DNA of 64,000 nt, taken from contig JBCCQQ010000008.1 of assembly GCA_039024555.1 (NCBI GenBank), forward strand, positions 32,001 through 96,000, in the 5' to 3' direction. Positions 60,777 to 64,000 of this stretch are shown piece after piece; position 1 is the stretch's first letter, and each line of letters opens with the position of its first letter. Both the position numbers and the translations under genes were made by a program. The notes below the pieces were generated by a model that saw nothing but the letters and a program-made list of their open reading frames with translations, was not told the DNA's origin and did not search any database. The stretch is from Cyanobacteria bacterium P01_D01_bin.156. GTDB taxonomy: Bacteria; Cyanobacteriota; Cyanobacteriia; Phormidesmidales; Phormidesmidaceae.

Positions 60777-63700
60777 GTATGACCAGCGATCGCACCATTG
60801 AAACATTTCTGGCCGATCTTGCTCGCCAGGACATTAAGCTATGGCTAGACGGAGAAAAGCTCAGGTGCAGTGGTCCAGAAGAACTGCTTACCGACAACTT
60901 TAATGCAGGTCTAAAGGCTCGTAAGGCAGAGATTATTGATTTTTTGCAACAGGTACATGGGCAATCGGCCACACCTAAAATTACTCCCGCCGAGCGCAGT
61001 GGCTCTCTGCCACTTTCCTTTGCCCAGCAGCGTCTGTGGTTCCTAAATCAGATGCAGCCTGAGGCGGCAGTGTATAACCTGCCCATGGCCATTGAAGTAG
61101 AGGGCTTTCTGGATGTAGCTGCCTTTACCCAGAGCCTAAACGACATTGTGCGTCGTCATGAAGCATTACGCACTCGATTTATTACCGTTGATGGTCAGCC
61201 AACCCAGGTGGTGGAAGCACCGGTCCCCGTCACCATAGAAGAAATAAATTTACAGAATAAGGCTGATGTAGAAGCCCAGGTAAGACAGGCGGCGATTGTT
61301 GCTGCTCAGAAGCCTTTTGACCTGAGCCAAGACCAGCTACTGCGGGTTACTCTACTACGCCTAAGTGAAGCAAAGTCGGTGGTGTTGTTCACCCTCCACC
61401 ACATTATTGCCGATGGCTGGTCCATGGAGATTTTGATCCAGGAACTAGGGGCAGGCTATCGAGCTGCGTTGATGGGGCAGATGGCATCTTTACCCAACTT
61501 GTCAGTACAGTACGCTGATTTTTCGGTGTGGCAGCGCCAGTGGCTTCAAGGAGAGAATCTAGAAAAACAGCTTAACTATTGGCGAAATCAGTTAGACATT
61601 CACCAGCCTGTGCTGCAACTGCCGACAGATTTTCCTCGGGCCAGGGTGCAAACCTATCGGGGTGCAGTGAAACAGTTTTCATTGTCACCAGAATTAAGTC
61701 AAAAACTCACTGCCCTTGCCCAGAGTCAATCAGCTACAGTCTTTATGACTCTACTGGCGGCATTCAAGGTACTGCTTTATCGGTATACAGGCCAAACGGA
61801 CCTGGTGGTGGGCACACCCATCGCCAATCGTCATCGCGCCGAGGTGGAAGGGCTGATTGGATTATTTATCAATGTGTTGGCGCTGCGATCGCAACTCTCT
61901 CCCCAAGCTGGTTTTCAAGATCTCCTAGCTCAGGTAAAAGCCATTACTCTCAATGCCTACGACCATCAAGATCTTCCCTTTGAGAAGTTGGTGGATGAGC
62001 TGCAGCTAGAGCGAGATTTAAGCTACAGCCCTCTATTTCAGGTCAAGTTTCGTCTGGAAAATGCCCCCCAAGAGACTCTCAGCTTACCGGGGCTAACCTT
62101 TAAGCGACTGCCCCAGGCGGTGACCACCGCCAAGCTAGACCTCAGTGTCGATCTATATGAAACTCCCAACGGCATTGTCGGTGGCTTTGAATACAACTGC
62201 GATCTGTTTAAGTCGGAAACCATTCAGCGGATGGTGCACCATTTTCAAATAATTCTGGCCTCCATTGTGGCTGCTCCAGATCGACCCATTGCTGAGCTCC
62301 CCATGCTTACCGAAACTGAACTGCAGCAACAGCTGGTGGACTGGAACACTACGGAGAAACCCTATCGCCAGAATAGCTGTTTCCACTATCTCTTTGAAGA
62401 ACAGGTAGAGAAAACGCCTGGTGCGATCGCACTTATCTACGACGACGGAACCACTCCTCAACAGCTGTCTTACCAGGAACTCAACCAGCGCAGCAACCAG
62501 CTAGCCCACCGCCTAATCTCTCTAGGCGTCAGCCCAGAAAAGATTGTCGGCATCTGCGTAGATCGCTCCCCTGAGATGATTATTGCTATGCTGGCTGTGC
62601 TTAAGGCCGGTGGAGCCTACCTACCCTTAGATCCCACCTATCCGCCAGAACGTCTGGACTACATGCTCTCCGACGCCCTGGTAGCGGTACTGCTTACCGA
62701 GAGCAAATTCTCTTTTGACCTAAGCGCTCAGCGGGTAAACCTGGATACCCAATGGCCCCAGCATCAGCCCAATACTAATCCTGAGCATATCGTTGGCCCC
62801 AACAATCTGGTCTACCTGATTTATACCTCCGGCTCCACCGGTAAACCTAAAGGTGTCCTGATTCCCCACAGTGGTTTAGTCAACCTAACAGAAGACAAAA
62901 TTCGCATCTGTCAAGTACGCCCTGGTGACTGCATCCTACAATTCTTCTCCTTTAGCTTTGATGCCTCTATTCCAGAAATCATCATGGCATTGGCCACAGG
63001 TTCAAAGCTTTTGCTGGCTCCGGCCACTACCATGCTGCCTGGCCCCGACCTGAAAAATCTCATCCAGCGGCACAACGTCACCCACATCACGATTACTCCG
63101 TCTGCCTTGGTGAGTGTACCCTACGATGATTTTCCAGAGCTGCGCATGGTGCTAGTCGGTGGCGAAGCTCCCAGTCCAGAACTCATTGAAACCTGGAGCC
63201 AAAACCGGCTATTTATCAATGCCTACGGTCCCACTGAAACCACTGTAAATGCCAGTATGGTGCCCTGCGGCAATGGCCATCCGGTGGAACCAACACTGTT
63301 ACCCAGCACTAACAAACAGCTGTATATCCTGGACAATAATCTCCAGCTGTTACCCATCGGCGTACCCGGTGAGCTACACATCGCCGGAGTGGGATTGGCC
63401 CGTGGGTATTTGAATCGTCCCGATCTAACAGCAGAACGGTTTATTGCAAACCCATTTGCCAGGAAGCAGGGGAGCAACCGGAAGTCGGAAGTCGGAAGTC
63501 GGAAGTCGGAAGTCCACCCATCACCCACCCTCTATAAAACTGGTGACCTTGCCACATACCTCCCCGATGGTCGCATTAAGATTCTGGGTCGCATCGACAA
63601 TCAGACTAAGATTCGTGGCTTCCGCATAGAGCTGGGAGAAGTTGAGCGCATTCTACAGTCTCACCCAGATATCAAAACCAGCATTGTTGTGGTTAGAGAG

Positions 63701-64000
63701 GATAATGGCAACAAGCGACTGGTGGCCTACGGTGTGCCGATGGTGGCTAACGGCGCAACACCAACAGAAATTCGACAGTTTGTGGCAGAAACACTGCCTC
63801 AGTATATGGTGCCGTCAGTGTTTATATGGTTGCCTGCTCTACCGTTAACGCCCAACGGTAAGGTAGATACCAAGTCGCTGCCTGCACCCACTGTTGTCTC
63901 TAATCAGGAACAGGTAGCTCCTCGCAATGCCACAGAACAGACTTTGGCTGAGATTTTTGCCCAGGTGCTCTCTTTAAAGTCTGTAAGCATCTACGATGAT
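60773..64000 (+). CDS. 3'-truncated NRPS: TubC-like docking domain-C-A(unassigned)-T... (not in the supplied ORF track because it has no stop in the window)
   Basis: ATG at 60773 overlaps the upstream TGA. Hand translation in one frame gives MSMTSDRTIETFLADLARQDIKLWLDGEKLRCSGPEELL, LSFAQQRLWFL, HHIIADGWS (~61397), YTSGSTGKPKG (~62823), FDASIPE, NAYGPTETTVN, LYKTGD, LTPNGKVD, and the T-domain start PRNATEQTLAEIF...SIYDD at the window end. Confidence 0.92.
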   Translation, partial: MSMTSDRTIETFLADLARQDIKLWLDGEKLRCSGPEELLTDNFNAGLKARKAEIIDFLQQVHGQSATPKITPAERSGSLPLSFAQQRLWFLNQMQPEAAVYNLPMAIEVEGFLDVAAFTQSLNDIVRRHEALRTRFITVDGQPTQVVEAPVPVTIEEINLQNKADVEAQVRQAAIVAAQKPFDLSQDQLLRVTLLRLSEAKSVVLFTLHHIIADGWSMEILIQELGAGYRAALMGQMASLPNLSVQYADFSVWQRQWLQGENLEKQLNYWRNQLDIHQPVLQLPTDFPRARVQTYRGAVKQFSLSPELSQKLTALAQSQSATVFMTLLAAFKVLLYRYTGQTDLVVGTPIANRHRAEVEGLIGLFINVLALRSQLSPQAGFQDLLAQVKAITLNAYDHQDLPFEKLVDELQLERDLSYSPLFQVKFRLENAPQETLSLPGLTFKRLPQAVTTAKLDLSVDLYETPNGIVGGFEYNCDLFKSETIQRMVHHFQIILASIVAAPDRPIAELPMLTETELQQQLVDWNTTEKPYRQNSCFHYLFEEQVEKTPGAIALIYDDGTTPQQLSYQELNQRSNQLAHRLISLGVSPEKIVGICVDRSPEMIIAMLAVLKAGGAYLPLDPTYPPERLDYMLSDALVAVLLTESKFSFDLSAQRVNLDTQWPQHQPNTNPEHIVGPNNLVYLIYTSGSTGKPKGVLIPHSGLVNLTEDKIRICQVRPGDCILQFFSFSFDASIPEIIMALATGSKLLLAPATTMLPGPDLKNLIQRHNVTHITITPSALVSVPYDDFPELRMVLVGGEAPSPELIETWSQNRLFINAYGPTETTVNASMVPCGNGHPVEPTLLPSTNKQLYILDNNLQLLPIGVPGELHIAGVGLARGYLNRPDLTAERFIANPFARKQGSNRKSEVGSRKSEVHPSPTLYKTGDLATYLPDGRIKILGRIDNQTKIRGFRIELGEVERILQSHPDIKTSIVVVREDNGNKRLVAYGVPMVANGATPTEIRQFVAETLPQYMVPSVFIWLPALPLTPNGKVDTKSLPAPTVVSNQEQVAPRNATEQTLAEIFAQVLSLKSVSIYDD
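63461..63530 (+). repeat. Composite repeat in the last A domain: AGCAGGGG-type unit, (CGGAAGT)x5, then a CACCC-rich tract
   Basis: Heptamers at 63479-63513. In frame it encodes RKQGSNRKSEVGSRKSEVHPSPTL before YKTGD. Confidence 0.92.

Larger units (their letters stand above)
309..62430. repeat. Dispersed HIP1 octamers (GCGATCGC), at least 18 copies
   Basis: Seen at 309, 4799, 10164, 13059, 23389, 27735, 29842, 31364, 37186, 39870, 43900, 45933, 48452, 50570, 55731, 60786, 61885 and 62423. About one copy would be expected by chance in 64 kb. The manual count may miss some. Confidence 0.88.

Noticed and set aside
10468..63513. Recurrent GTCGGAA/TTCCGAC arrays as a CRISPR array or as DGR template/variable repeats
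   Set aside because: The units are 7-8 nt in direct tandem with no spacers and are kilobases apart inside genes. There is no cas or reverse transcriptase gene and no adenine-specific mismatch pattern in the window.
321..63848. Many short (60-180 aa) alternative-frame and antisense ORFs in the track, e.g. 15597-16133(-), 34725-35159(+), 61579-61983(+)
   Set aside because: All overlap long, motif-complete PKS/NRPS genes and show no recognisable domains. Those after 60776 are shadows of the unlisted NRPS starting at 60773.
21999..64000. Assignment as a cyanochelin-type beta-hydroxyaspartate siderophore cluster
   Set aside because: No Asp-type A code (the first module reads as Asn), no TauD-like hydroxylase and no TonB-dependent transporter occur in the window. 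It cannot be excluded for the unseen part.
60777..64000. Apparent gene-free or pseudogene region at the end of the ORF track
   Set aside because: Motifs sampled from 60773 to 64000 all fall in one frame. The ORF is missing from the track only because its stop lies beyond the window.

Overview
The whole 64 kb window is the interior of one co-directional (+ strand) cyanobacterial hybrid cis-AT PKS/NRPS gene cluster, truncated at both ends. At least 18 HIP1 GCGATCGC octamers point to a cyanobacterial host. There are 13 genes, in order: a partial acyl-CoA dehydrogenase-ACP starter, two fully reducing C-methylating PKS modules, a KS-AT-degenerate KR-ACP module, a free-standing luciferase-like monooxygenase, NRPS modules read by hand as D-Asn, Gly, D-Val and Gly, a second KS-AT-degenerate KR-ACP module, then Ala, Cys (Cy + Ox = thiazole), Gly, D-Ala, Ser and an unassigned residue. 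The last gene (60773 to window end) is missing from the supplied ORF track. No thioesterase, transporter, regulator, RNA gene, transposase or CRISPR array is visible. I do not recognise the predicted branched lipopeptide as a known compound, but I could not search databases. The most unusual sequence-level signal is a family of short 7-nt and 8-nt tandem repeats and small palindromes. They sit in frame, in both orientations, in the same loop of most adenylation domains and of two acyltransferase domains, with G-rich arrays 5' and C-rich arrays 3'. Substrate and stereochemistry calls are motif-based inferences.
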